Shown: one piece after another, positions 52,659 to 63,239 of the stretch
Layout of the letters: the number at the start of each line of letters is the position of its first letter
How positions within the stretch are numbered: position 1 is the stretch's first letter
From: Nitrososphaerales archaeon
Lineage (GTDB): Archaea > Thermoproteota > Nitrososphaeria > Nitrososphaerales > UBA213
Assembly (NCBI GenBank): GCA_965197925.1
Contig: CBDAOC010000020.1
Span: 288,001 to 352,000, forward strand
Length of the DNA stretch: 64,000 bases
Reading direction: 5' to 3'
Program-made: the position numbers and the translations under genes
The notes under the pieces: generated by a model
What the model was told of the DNA's origin: nothing
What the model saw: only the letters and a program-made list of their open reading frames with translations
Databases searched by the model: none

Positions 52659-53440
52659 TCAATCCCCAAGAAATCTCAATAAAATTCTGGAAAAGCTCTC
52701 TGGCTTTTCAAAATAGGGGGTATGCCCACAATCTTCCATTATTACCAGTTTTGAACCTCTTAGCTTTGAATGAAATTGCCTTGCATATTCGAGTGGGATT
52801 AGAGTATCTTTCTTACCCCAAACAATAAGAGATGGTACCATGATTCTAGTTAGCCTATCCACCAAGATTGGAGCTGATTTGTTACTGATCAAATAAATGC
52901 ATACTTGGCATTCGGCAGCTGCATTCTGTTAACAAAATCCCTGGTGTAGATCTCGTTCACACTCCTCGCGCCTCCCATCTCTTGGAAAGCTTTTTTTGCA
53001 TTTTCAAATGTAGGATACATTGCGGCTGCAATATAGTGGTTCAACGCTGGGGTCGGTTCTTTCATTATACCTGCGGGGCAGATCAGAACAAGCTTCTCTA
53101 CCAACTCGCGGTGGGTTGTGGCCGTTTCTATTGCTATATGACCTCCGAGCGAAGCACCCATCAGTATGAAACTCTTCATTTTCAATTTTTCAGCAAATTT
53201 TTTCACGAAATTCACGAAAAATTCTACAGTATAATACACATCTGGCTTATCACTATAGCCAAAACCCACTAAATCGGGAGCAACTACATGATATTCTTTT
53301 GTTAGAAAAGGCATAACTTTTTCCCATCTGCCAGCTGAAGCCCCCAGACCATGCAGGCAGATTATATGCTTTTTGGTAAGAATTCCGTCTTCTATATATC
53401 TCACACGAAATCCGCCAACGGTAATAAAATTCTGCTTCAT
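52659..53440 (-). pseudogene. Alpha/beta hydrolase, frameshifted near 52890
   Basis: LHGLG, PDLVGFG, GASLGG, WGKKD and CGHTPY motifs. Confidence 0.88.
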
Positions 53441-53578
53441 ACCAACTCTGTTGATGTATTATTTCATTTTATAAACTCTCTTTGTACACACCAATTATTC
53501 AATTGAAATCTATATGAGTTCGGTTAATTATTACGGGAAGAGCCATATCTTGACAATAGGGGTAGAACTAACAACTTG

Positions 53579-54115
53579 CTAGTCTGTTAACTGTATGTAG
53601 TTCTCAATTATGTTAATAAAAGCATCACTCATCATCGTGAGAAGTGGTGGCACAAAATCCTTCGAGGCAGATTCGTTAGTCCACTGAACTGTCTTTACTT
53701 GATTTCCTTGATTTATCTCGAGTGTATATCTTGTGAATTCATTAACCTCACTCTTAGCAAATTCAGATTTTGGTATTTGCATGAAGCCGGTATCTTTTAT
53801 CAAACCCTCCAACCTCCTGATATCCTGCGAACTTAGCTGAAACCTAGTCTGGAACCCCTTCTCCCCCTCAACTCTTAAATCGTAAAATGCTTGCCCCTTC
53901 TCATCTATTAATAATGTCTCACTTCTGAGTGCCCCAACCCTTTCCGTCACTCCATAGATGATGCGCTTCATATCTTCCATTATGAATTTAATCCTAATGA
54001 CTGATGTTGTTGATGTTTGATCTCCACCAGGAAATATTTTAGGAATGGCAATCCCGAGAGCAATAATCATAGGTATCACGGCGGAAATTATTAGCAATTT
54101 TTTGGTTACGATCAA
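53579..54115 (-). CDS. Membrane-anchored hypothetical protein
   Basis: N-terminal TM helix; long open ORF. Confidence 0.7.
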   Translation of the reverse strand: MIVTKKLLIISAVIPMIIALGIAIPKIFPGGDQTSTTSVIRIKFIMEDMKRIIYGVTERVGALRSETLLIDEKGQAFYDLRVEGEKGFQTRFQLSSQDIRRLEGLIKDTGFMQIPKSEFAKSEVNEFTRYTLEINQGNQVKTVQWTNESASKDFVPPLLTMMSDAFINIIENYIQLTD

Positions 54116-54154
54116 CCTAGATAAAACCTATTTTAGTTATTGATATACGTTGCA

Positions 54155-56083
54155 TCAATCCACGACGCTCTTTCTAGTATAGTTCAGCAGTCCACCCTCT
54201 GTCAATATCTTACGTTGCCTTTCTGAAAAATCAATCTTAAGTTCAATAGCATCTCCATTAACTGATGCTATTATAGATTTACTTCCTCCAGATATTATGT
54301 TTACTACGTCATCCAATTGTATCACATTCCCTTGCTGCAATTTCTGATGATCTACTCCTTTTACAAACTCGAAGGGTATGATTCCAAAATTAATCAGATT
54401 TGCTCTATGTATTCTAGCAAATGATTTTGCAAATACACCCTTTACGCCAAGGTACATGGGTGCTAGTGCAGCATGTTCTCTACTAGAACCTTGTCCATAG
54501 TTGTCTCCTGCAACAATGAAACCACCATTCTTTTCTACAGCTCTCTTAGCAAAGTCCGGATCTAGCCAGTAAAAAACATATTTACTTATTTCAGGTATGT
54601 TACTTCTCAAAGGCAAAATCTTGGCACCTGCAGGCATGATTGCATCTGTGCTTACGTTGTCATCAACTTTAATCAAAACTTCACCTTGTAAGGTTACTTC
54701 CAAAGGATTTCGCAATGGCAATGGTTTGATATTTGGCCCTCTAATTATCTCAACATTGGTGGGACCATTTGGTGGGGATAGTATTCCAGAATCATCTATT
54801 ACAAAGTGATCTGGCCATGGAATTTCCGGATACTCTCCTAGATCCCTCGGATCTACTAATTTGCCGGTAATAGCGCATGCAATACAGACTTCAGGGCTTG
54901 TAAGATATACCTTATCATTCTTTGTTCCACTCCTTCCTGGCCAATTCCTGTTAAATGATCGTACAGAGACCCAATCTGTCCCTGGTGCAGAGCCCATGCC
55001 TATACATCCATGACATCCAGGTTCCAATAATCTTCCCCCCGCAGAAATGATATTACTAATAGCTCCGTCTCTAGATACCATCTCCAAAACTTGTTTTGAT
55101 CCAGGATTAATTGCCATCGTAATATTGGGATGTATCTTTCTGTCTTTGAGTAAATGTGCGGCTGTCATCAATTCCTGGTAATTGGAATTGGTACATGAAC
55201 CTATGAGCACTTGCTGAACCTCTATGCCCTGGACATCCCTTACTTTCTTGATATTATCTGGAGACCCAGGGCAAGCTACCAAAGGCTCCAATTCACTCAA
55301 ATTAATCTCCATCTTCTCGTCGTACTGTGCGTCAGGAACAGTGGGAAAGGGCTTCCAGTTTTGTTCTCTACTTTGCCTTCGGAAATAGTCCCTTGTATTT
55401 TCATCGGAAGGGAATATAGATGTAGTAGCACCAAGCTCAGCACCCATATTGCATATAGTTCCTCTTTCAGGAACTGATAATGATTTCACACCATCCCCAT
55501 AATACTCGAAGACCTTGTTAACTCCACCCCTAACCGTAAGCGTACGCAGCATTTCTAGTATAACATCCTTTGCAGTAACCCATGGTCTCAATTGTCCAGT
55601 GAGCTTAACTCCAACTATCTTGGGCATCTTAGTGTAAAATGGTGCACCTCCCATTGCTACTGCAACATCCAAGCCACCAACACCTATTGCAAGCATTCCA
55701 GCACCACCAGCTGTGGGAGTATGGCTGTCAGACCCCAGTAGTATTTTTCCTGGTGTAGAAAATCTTTCAAGGTTCACTTGGTGGCATATGCCATTGCCTG
55801 GCTTAGAAAAGTGTATACCATACTTCATGGCGAACGTTTCTAAAAATTTATGATCATCAGGATTTTCAAATCCTATTTGGAGAATATTATGATCGACATA
55901 GATAACCGCATGCTCTGCCTTTATTCTGGGCATCCCAAGTGCTTCGAATTGCAGGCATGCCATAGTTCCTGTTGCATCTTGCATGAGTACTCTGTCTACT
56001 TTAATCCCAATCTCATTTCCTACTTCCATCTTACCATCAACTAAATGCGATTCGATTATTGTGTGTGCCAACGATTTTCCCAT
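54155..56083 (-). CDS. acn: Aconitate hydratase
   Basis: QDATG, VDHN, GICHQ, GSDSHT, IGSCTN, CHGCIG, STD and GSSREHAA motifs. Confidence 0.95.
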   Translation of the reverse strand: MGKSLAHTIIESHLVDGKMEVGNEIGIKVDRVLMQDATGTMACLQFEALGMPRIKAEHAVIYVDHNILQIGFENPDDHKFLETFAMKYGIHFSKPGNGICHQVNLERFSTPGKILLGSDSHTPTAGGAGMLAIGVGGLDVAVAMGGAPFYTKMPKIVGVKLTGQLRPWVTAKDVILEMLRTLTVRGGVNKVFEYYGDGVKSLSVPERGTICNMGAELGATTSIFPSDENTRDYFRRQSREQNWKPFPTVPDAQYDEKMEINLSELEPLVACPGSPDNIKKVRDVQGIEVQQVLIGSCTNSNYQELMTAAHLLKDRKIHPNITMAINPGSKQVLEMVSRDGAISNIISAGGRLLEPGCHGCIGMGSAPGTDWVSVRSFNRNWPGRSGTKNDKVYLTSPEVCIACAITGKLVDPRDLGEYPEIPWPDHFVIDDSGILSPPNGPTNVEIIRGPNIKPLPLRNPLEVTLQGEVLIKVDDNVSTDAIMPAGAKILPLRSNIPEISKYVFYWLDPDFAKRAVEKNGGFIVAGDNYGQGSSREHAALAPMYLGVKGVFAKSFARIHRANLINFGIIPFEFVKGVDHQKLQQGNVIQLDDVVNIISGGSKSIIASVNGDAIELKIDFSERQRKILTEGGLLNYTRKSVVD

Positions 56084-56089
56084 AATATA

Positions 56090-56392
56090 TTACCCCACCA
56101 CTTCATTCAGATCAATCTTCTCAGCAGATAGAATCGCAGAACATTTAGGGCATGTTCTTGGTGGAGTTCCTTCGACCTGGACCAAAAGAGTTCCATCTGT
56201 AGGACATTTGTTGTCAAAATGGCTATCGTGAACATTTGCAGTAAGAAGGATGTTCTCCCGCTTACATACAAAAAGTCTATAGTAGGCAAAATCTTCATTA
56301 AGATCGGTAAATGTCTGCGTGAGGTCGTATGGTCCCAACGCTAGCTTCTTCTCATAAAGACATTTACTACATTTAACATACCAAATATCCAT
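56090..56392 (-). CDS. Small Cys-rich zinc-binding protein
   Basis: CSKC, CPTD and CPKC motifs. Confidence 0.7.
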   Translation of the reverse strand: MDIWYVKCSKCLYEKKLALGPYDLTQTFTDLNEDFAYYRLFVCKRENILLTANVHDSHFDNKCPTDGTLLVQVEGTPPRTCPKCSAILSAEKIDLNEVVG

Positions 56393-56438
56393 TGAAGTAT
56401 AAGCGTGATTATTATTAATAGATGTTATCTTCTTAAGG

Positions 56439-57299
56439 TTACTTTAAGATTATTTTTACTTCTTCTAACCTATCAATTATTCCTTGCTTTACTTTAGGGG
56501 GAATCGTTTCAATTTTAATCTTGCCGCTACTTTCGCCTTTCTTCATTACTTCAAGGTCAAAATATACAGATATCCCTTCTTCTCCGACCATAAGTTTGTC
56601 AGCACCTATTAAGACAGGCTTAGTGCTGTAGACTACAACTGTCATTTTCTTAAGCTCTGCAACAAGCAGATCTCTCTTTTTAGTCATATTCAAATATTCA
56701 GGATTGGTTTTACCAACATCGTCGACTTTTTTTGTCAATTCGCTGTATAGTTGTTGATCATTAAACATAGTTGCTAGCATCTCTTCAAAACCAAGATTTG
56801 TAATATCTCTCTTGTTTAGCTCCTCCTGAACAATAGCATTTTCCTTGCCTTCTAATTCATCCTTAAGTGCAGAAACCTTCTCATCGAGTTCCATAATCTC
56901 GATCTGAATATCCTTTATCCTATTGTCGTACTTGTAAAATAGAAGGGCATGGTACTGTATACCAAAATAGCAGGACAAACTATAACTTTCAAAAAGTGTC
57001 CTAAATGACAAATGTAGCCTTCTCAGATCATCCGTATCTGTTCTATTAATTCCCTCTGATGACCAACCTGTCATTTTTTTTGCAAGCATCTCGTAAAACT
57101 TTGAAACTTTGCTAGGCTTAAAAGTATCACGTTGTAAAACCTTTGTATCGGCAAGCATTACATTTACCCTTTGGGGACGTATATTTTTTTCCATATTTTT
57201 AAGATAATTTTTACTCACAATACTATACAATTCGTTCAACTGTGTAGAAAATTTATCGGTAAGGTTATTTGGTATTCGCATTCTCGCTCTTACAAACAA
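56439..57299 (-). CDS. Hypothetical protein with a coiled coil
   Basis: Long ORF within a co-oriented core cluster. Confidence 0.7.
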   Translation of the reverse strand: MFVRARMRIPNNLTDKFSTQLNELYSIVSKNYLKNMEKNIRPQRVNVMLADTKVLQRDTFKPSKVSKFYEMLAKKMTGWSSEGINRTDTDDLRRLHLSFRTLFESYSLSCYFGIQYHALLFYKYDNRIKDIQIEIMELDEKVSALKDELEGKENAIVQEELNKRDITNLGFEEMLATMFNDQQLYSELTKKVDDVGKTNPEYLNMTKKRDLLVAELKKMTVVVYSTKPVLIGADKLMVGEEGISVYFDLEVMKKGESSGKIKIETIPPKVKQGIIDRLEEVKIILK

Positions 57300-57420
57300 C
57301 TCTTACAAATTCTTTTGCATAATCGGATCAAGTCAATTGAATTCTTGTAATGCTAGATGATTTATATTTAGAAGAAATATTTGTCCATAGAACCAAATTT
57401 TCCATTTACAAAATGCTTTT

Positions 57421-58182
57421 CTATATTTTTACAACAGCTAATTTAGGGGGTTTATCAATTGGGGATGCCTCTTGTTCAGCAATTATCCTAGCTAACCCAA
57501 CTGCTTCGGTGGGCGTTAATTGCTCTATACGCTTTTCTACGTCTACATTTCTGATCTTGTAATTCTTCGCAACACTACCAACCTTCTTACCTCTATACGA
57601 AAAAAGAAGATTTAATGCTTTAACCACACTACGATGAACCCTGTGTTTTTGAACAATTTTTAGCAATGCAGAATCAACTTTTGGTTGTGGATTGAATGAT
57701 TCCTTACCGACATGCATTATTATTTCAATGTTAAAACAGTACTGTGCAAGTGCTGAGACGGCTCTGTAGTTCTTGCCTTTTCTAGAAAGAATTTTAAAGG
57801 CAAATTCTTTTTGTACCATGATTACTCCTCTGTCAAAATTTCTCGTGGCGAGCCATTCAACTGCTGTTCTGCTTTTTGCATAGGGGAGGTTTGATACAAA
57901 TAATTCGAAACTACCATCAAACATAAAGCCGTTACCATGCAATAGTGTGAGATTATCATACTTTCTAAGGGAGAATTCTACTGCTGACAACAGGTCTTTG
58001 TCGGACTCGCATGATATTACTTTACTAGCTCTTTTACACAATTCGACAGTAACAAATCCATTACCTGTTCCTATTTCATATACTACCTCTTTCCCAATTT
58101 CCGCATTGTTAAGCATCATGTTTAGAACATTATTATCAATGAGGAAATGCTGCCCCAATAGTCTTCTCTTCCTTTTGTTCAT
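57421..58182 (-). CDS. rsmA: 16S rRNA m6,2A dimethyltransferase
   Basis: LGQHFL, EIGTGNG, SNLPY and FNPQPKVDS motifs. Confidence 0.95.
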   Translation of the reverse strand: MNKRKRRLLGQHFLIDNNVLNMMLNNAEIGKEVVYEIGTGNGFVTVELCKRASKVISCESDKDLLSAVEFSLRKYDNLTLLHGNGFMFDGSFELFVSNLPYAKSRTAVEWLATRNFDRGVIMVQKEFAFKILSRKGKNYRAVSALAQYCFNIEIIMHVGKESFNPQPKVDSALLKIVQKHRVHRSVVKALNLLFSYRGKKVGSVAKNYKIRNVDVEKRIEQLTPTEAVGLARIIAEQEASPIDKPPKLAVVKI

Positions 58183-58751
58183 CTTCTAACAAAAATATTC
58201 ATTCGTGCCCCACCAGATATCTCTTCAACTATTCTTCTTCCTACAAGCTTAGCAGGATCTCTTAATCCAATTCTACTCTGAAGATCATCAAAGCTCTCAA
58301 ATGTTTTCTTCTCCCTTTCCTGAAGTATACTCATAAGGTATGTCTTCCCAATTCCAGGTATTAGTTGAAGAGAATGTATTCTTGGATTTATTGGCTGGGC
58401 GTTGTTGAAATAATCAATAAACCGTTTTTCATTAGTTTTTACTATTTTTTCTATCGTTAATGGTAATTCACTCTTTGCTGTTACGGATATAGCGCTATAA
58501 TCCAACCTGCCTAACACACTGATTATTTTATCTCTACCATCCTTGCCTATATAGACACGTTCACCTAGATCAAAAGGCGCGTTCGGCACACTTAACAATT
58601 CTAACAGCGTTAATTGCTCTTCGCCAATTGCCTGCACAATAGTACCCTCCCTTCTCCTTATTGTGTTCGATCTACCTCTAATAGTGACATCAAGAACGTA
58701 TGCATATTCCTCATATTTCCTTGGCTGTCCAGTACTTTCCAATGAAAACAC
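58179..58751 (-). CDS. DUF655 RNA-binding protein
   Basis: YEEYAYVLD, QAIGE..LTLLE and HSLQLIPGIGK motifs; conserved rpoF-DUF655-rsmA order. Confidence 0.92.
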   Translation of the reverse strand: MFSLESTGQPRKYEEYAYVLDVTIRGRSNTIRRREGTIVQAIGEEQLTLLELLSVPNAPFDLGERVYIGKDGRDKIISVLGRLDYSAISVTAKSELPLTIEKIVKTNEKRFIDYFNNAQPINPRIHSLQLIPGIGKTYLMSILQEREKKTFESFDDLQSRIGLRDPAKLVGRRIVEEISGGARMNIFVRR

Positions 58752-58760
58752 TATCCGTCT

Positions 58761-59099
58761 TTACTGAACGTTCTCCTTAATTATCTCCAACATCTTTTCC
58801 AAAATATCGGTAAGTATGAGTTTCTTCCATCCAAAGGTAAATGCCCGTAGCTCTTCGATACTGGTTGGCATTATATTAATAATTTCTACTGCTTCCCTTT
58901 CGGTCAGACTACATTCCTGAATAAGTTTTTCTTTCATCTTTTTTGCCTTTTCGGGGTGAATCTCTGCAAACTTTGTTACGTAATCATGGGTCCATCTCTG
59001 TATCTGATCCATGGTTTCTGTGTTAGCATTGTCGAGGATTTCCTTCACCTCTGGTATACTAATGATAGTTTTCTTCAAAATGTCCGCCAATATAATCAC
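58761..59099 (-). CDS. rpoF: RNA polymerase subunit Rpo4/F
   Basis: AVEIINIMPTSIEELR; synteny. Confidence 0.9.
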   Translation of the reverse strand: MIILADILKKTIISIPEVKEILDNANTETMDQIQRWTHDYVTKFAEIHPEKAKKMKEKLIQECSLTEREAVEIINIMPTSIEELRAFTFGWKKLILTDILEKMLEIIKENVQ

Positions 59100-59386
59100 C
59101 CTAATGGCTTAACATGATTAAGCCTTGTAGTAACATTTTTTTCTTTATTCCCGATATTAACCCTAATTCCAATTGTCCTTCTTCCTACCTTATCCACAAT
59201 TCCAACTTTGCCCTGAAACCTCCTGTGGGGCATAGCCTTATGTTCGCTAGGATCTATGTATATTACAACCTTTTCACCAACCTTATAGTCATGAAGTAGA
59301 TATGAAATACCTCTAACAAAGTTTTTATGGAAAATATGTCTTGTTTTTCTCCTAATTCCACATGATTTTGGCAATTGTATCACCAT
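59096..59386 (-). CDS. rpl21e: 50S ribosomal protein L21e
   Basis: GIRRKTR, IDPSEHKAMPHRRFQGKVG. Confidence 0.95.
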   Translation of the reverse strand: MVIQLPKSCGIRRKTRHIFHKNFVRGISYLLHDYKVGEKVVIYIDPSEHKAMPHRRFQGKVGIVDKVGRRTIGIRVNIGNKEKNVTTRLNHVKPLG

Positions 59387-59426
59387 TCCTTACTACCTCT
59401 TCAATTTAACAGTTATGTTTGCTTAC

Positions 59427-60425
59427 TTAGCTTTTACTCTTTCTAGATGATGCTTCTTCAGCATCTTCAACACCCCTATCAGTCAATCGGAAGATAACTT
59501 CACGTTCCGCATGATAAGGACTATCAACCATTCTTGCAATTCTATTCTTGCCAGATCTCTTAAGGTATATTCTATATGTACTTGTATGTGCCACCACATT
59601 TCCCCCTGTAGGTCTGATGGGATCACCGAAGTATGTATCGGGTGAAGCTTGGATCTGGTTCGTTACCACAGTAGCTACGTTATAGGTTTCTGCAATTCTT
59701 AGAAGCAAATGCATGAACTTATTCAACCTTTGTTGTCTCCCAGCAAGAGTTCCACGACCAAGAAATTCTGCACGATAATGTGCAACGGCAGAATCAACAA
59801 TTAATAATTTAGCTCCAGTGTTATCAATAATATTTCCAACATCTTCTATGATTAGTTCTTGATGTGCACTATTGTATGCTTTCGCAACAACTACATTTTC
59901 CAGAGCTTCATTTGGATCCAACTCTCTTGTTTCAGCGATATGATAAATACGTTCAGGTCTGAAAGTGCCCTCTGTATCTATGTATACGGCACCAGCCTCA
60001 AGCCCTCCTTTACCCTTTGATAGCTGAACCATCACACAGAGTGTATGAGAGATCTGTGTCTTGCCAGTACCATATTCTCCATAAATCTCTGTAATTGCCT
60101 GGGTTTCAATTCCACCTTCTAGTAGATCGTCAAGGCTAATAGTTCCAGTACTAATACGTTCTATAGACTGTCTCTTCTTATATATCTCGGTAGCAGTAAC
60201 AAAATCTTTCTCTAATTTTCCAAGTTTAACAAGTGTTGTTCTAGCTCTATTGCATATAGAACTAGCTCTGTCTACGTCCAAACCCGTTGCATCAGAAACA
60301 CCTATGGGACCCCTAACAAGAAGATCCATCATAGTATGGATACCAGCTTCCAACAATTTTTGCTTAGTTACAGGTCCAACACCTTCAATATTTTCTATCT
60401 CAAGACCTTCACTCATGCATAACAA
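59427..60425 (-). CDS. radA: DNA repair and recombination protein RadA
   Basis: GEYGTGKTQ, YIDTEGTFRPER and ARMVDSP motifs. Confidence 0.97.
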   Translation of the reverse strand: MLCMSEGLEIENIEGVGPVTKQKLLEAGIHTMMDLLVRGPIGVSDATGLDVDRASSICNRARTTLVKLGKLEKDFVTATEIYKKRQSIERISTGTISLDDLLEGGIETQAITEIYGEYGTGKTQISHTLCVMVQLSKGKGGLEAGAVYIDTEGTFRPERIYHIAETRELDPNEALENVVVAKAYNSAHQELIIEDVGNIIDNTGAKLLIVDSAVAHYRAEFLGRGTLAGRQQRLNKFMHLLLRIAETYNVATVVTNQIQASPDTYFGDPIRPTGGNVVAHTSTYRIYLKRSGKNRIARMVDSPYHAEREVIFRLTDRGVEDAEEASSRKSKS

Positions 60426-60649
60426 TGTCTAAAACGATCTAATTAAGTATTGAAATGATAGGTACTTGAAAGAGTTGTCTATTGAAGTATTCTCACCCAT
60501 GATCATGGTTAATGAAGTAACCTTTACTGCCTACTATACCTGAACATCCATTTACAAGTTTGTATGTTGTGTTTTGCCGAGAAATATATTGCGAATATAA
60601 TCAGCTAAACTAATAAGCATTAATACTTTCGCACTTATTAGCTTAGAAA

Positions 60650-60826
60650 TTGGCCCCCAAGCGCACAACTATATCGCACAAATTATTAATAATTGGATTA
60701 GGGTTGGCATTCCTCGGCTTTCTAGTAGGATCTACTAGCAATTACTCATTAGTTGCAGGATTCATTTTCATCGCTGTTGTAATTTTAGGTGTCGTAGGAA
60801 TTATAAAGATGCGAAAATATAATTGA
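60650..60826 (+). CDS. 58-aa two-TM small membrane protein, not in the ORF track
   Basis: TTG start; MAPKRTTISHKLLIIGLGLAFLGFLVG...VILGVVGIIKMRKYN*. Confidence 0.45.
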   Translation: MAPKRTTISHKLLIIGLGLAFLGFLVGSTSNYSLVAGFIFIAVVILGVVGIIKMRKYN

Positions 60827-60876
60827 AACCCTTCAATATTTAAGGTCTTATTTATTGCTCAGAAGAATAAAAGACC

Positions 60877-61741
60877 AACTCATCTCAAAACCCTACAATA
60901 CATCAAAAATGATGCAAGATTAACAAATGCCAGGTAGTTTTCTGCCGTTCTTTCATACCTGATTCTTGTTCTGTGAAATCCATTCTTGAGCCATGCAAGG
61001 AATCTCTCAACTACAAATCTTGTCTTGTTGTAATGTTTGCAATCATTATTTTGCAAGATGAACTTGGAATTTATTTTGTATGGGATGCAACATGCAATAT
61101 TTCTATCCCACAAATACATTCTGATGTATTTTGCATCATTTTGTCTGCATAAACTGGTTCTATCTGTTGTATTGAATCATCAAGATAGTCTGAAATTGAT
61201 CCTGTAACATCCATGCATTTTGTACTGTCATGTTCATTTGCTGGACTCAGCAGTATGGATATTGGAAATCCGTTACCCTCTACTGCGGCATGTATTTTTG
61301 TACCTGTTATTCTCTTGAATCCATTATATCCAGTTACATTGCCCATTTTTTATCAGGAATGGATGAAGAGTCAGCTGATTTTTTTAGACTAATTTGCCAG
61401 ATTTATGTGCTGAGTGAATAGTACGTGATAGAATCTTTTTCCAGATTCCTTTTTGTTGCCATTTGTTTAACCCTCTGTTTGCAGTAGAATCATCACCATA
61501 TCTTTTTGGCATATCGTCCCATCGGCATCCAGTAGTTAGAACATGGATTATTCCGTTAATGATTTTTCTATCATAATCCCTAGGCCTGCCAGTTTTTGCA
61601 TGTGGTGGTATGTGTGATTCCATCATACTCCACTGTTTGTCTGATAATTCTTGGAATTTCATAAAATAATTTTAGATGTCGCTATTCATAGATCTAAATG
61701 GCCGCTAAAAATTGTCTAAATGGTTAGTTTTGAGATGAGTT
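60877..61741 (-). mobile_element. IS5-family element B, full length with an extra frameshift
   Basis: Perfect terminal IR AACTCATCTCAAAAC at both ends; transposase in three ORF pieces. Confidence 0.92.
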
Positions 61742-62064
61742 GATCGTTGTATAATCTGTTTGTAAGTATATAAACAAGCAAAACAAGTTATTGCAATCTA
61801 ATCAAGACGAATCAGTTATGCGACAAGGTAATTTCTACTAATAGTTAACTATCAGATAGAATTTTAAGATAGGCTCTTAATTGTTTTCAAACACTAACAA
61901 ATTATCGAAATCTTCGGTCCTGTACCTATAAAAATTGATTATGTATAAAGAATAATAATTCTTCATAAAAAGAACCAAACAAAGCATTTCAATTTATAAA
62001 TTAGACTAATTATCTTTCTTATGTCTTTCAAAAGACTTACATTCCTGTAGAATTAAGTAAATTC

Positions 62065-62840
62065 ATGGCAGGAATCAAGACAACATACGTGATTGCAGCT
62101 GCGATATTTGCAGGGTTATCATTGGTAGCCTTGACGAACATCTTCTCAGATGAGATTGAAACTGAATTGACAAATGAATCAGAGGCATATGCTCAGTACA
62201 GTTCCCTAGTAGGGATTAGACAGAATATAATTACAGTATCAGGCTCTGCATCAACAGGGGGGATCCAAACCGAGTAGTTATAAGCTTCGGTCTTGAGACG
62301 CAAGGAACCACCGCCTCTCAAGCAACTGAAGATAACGCTCAGAAGATGGATGCTGTTGTTAATGCTGTAAAGGAGCTTGGGATTGATGATGACGAGATTA
62401 GCACATCGATGTTTTCGGTATCTCCAGTCTATGATAGAGACAGAAGATTCATCACTGGATATAGAACATCAAACATGCTTACTGTCAACACAGACCAATT
62501 AGATAAAGCAAGTCAGATAATCGATACTGTTGTAGCTGCTGGAGCAAACAGAGTGAATAATGTGTTCTTCACACTCTCCGACGATCTTAGAAAGAAAGTT
62601 AGTGACCAGTTGATCGGCGAGGTTGTGAATGATGCAAAGATGAAAGCTGAACTAGCGTTACAACCACTAGGCAAGGAAATATTAGGAGTCAAGAGTGTTA
62701 CACTGGAACATTTTGGAATACCCCAACCGGTATCATTTGAAAGAATTTCAATGACACCATCAGCAGAACCGGCGCCGACACCGATCTTTGAATCTGAGCA
62801 ACGAGTAACTATGAGTGTTAGTGTGATATTCTTGATCTAA
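62065..62840 (+). pseudogene. SIMPL/DUF541 domain protein, frameshifted near 62260
   Basis: ITVSGSAS; ISTSMFSVSPVY, GYRTSN and AGANRVN motifs. Confidence 0.85.
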
Positions 62841-63239
62841 AAGTGGCAACAATTCAGAAAAATTCACCTCTTATTTTTTATGAATGAGTGAAGGATGTAA
62901 CATTAGGACATAAAATAATGAATTTAGTATCAACCATTGAATCTTTTGTTTTACTTGTTTCAATTATTGAAAAATAATTTGTAATGGTTGTTTAACTTTT
63001 TGTTGCCGTGTTTGGTTATATCTCTCCCATTACCAAAATATCAAGATCTTAAAGTTTAATCTTGACTTTTTCTGTTTGTTAACACACGGGGTTATTCATT
63101 TGAGTTGGATAATCTATAACTTGGTTAAATAAGAAATTTTTATTAATGCTTTCGATCCCTGATTTTTAGACGAGTATAAGAAAAATATTTTAGACATATA
63201 TAAGAAAAATACATATCATCAATAATCCTAATGTATAGC

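Noticed and set aside
33843..60432. Numerous 60-160 aa ORFs antisense or off-frame to well-supported genes
   Set aside because: Shadow ORFs of valS, polX, pdxS, acn, usp and others, with no motifs.
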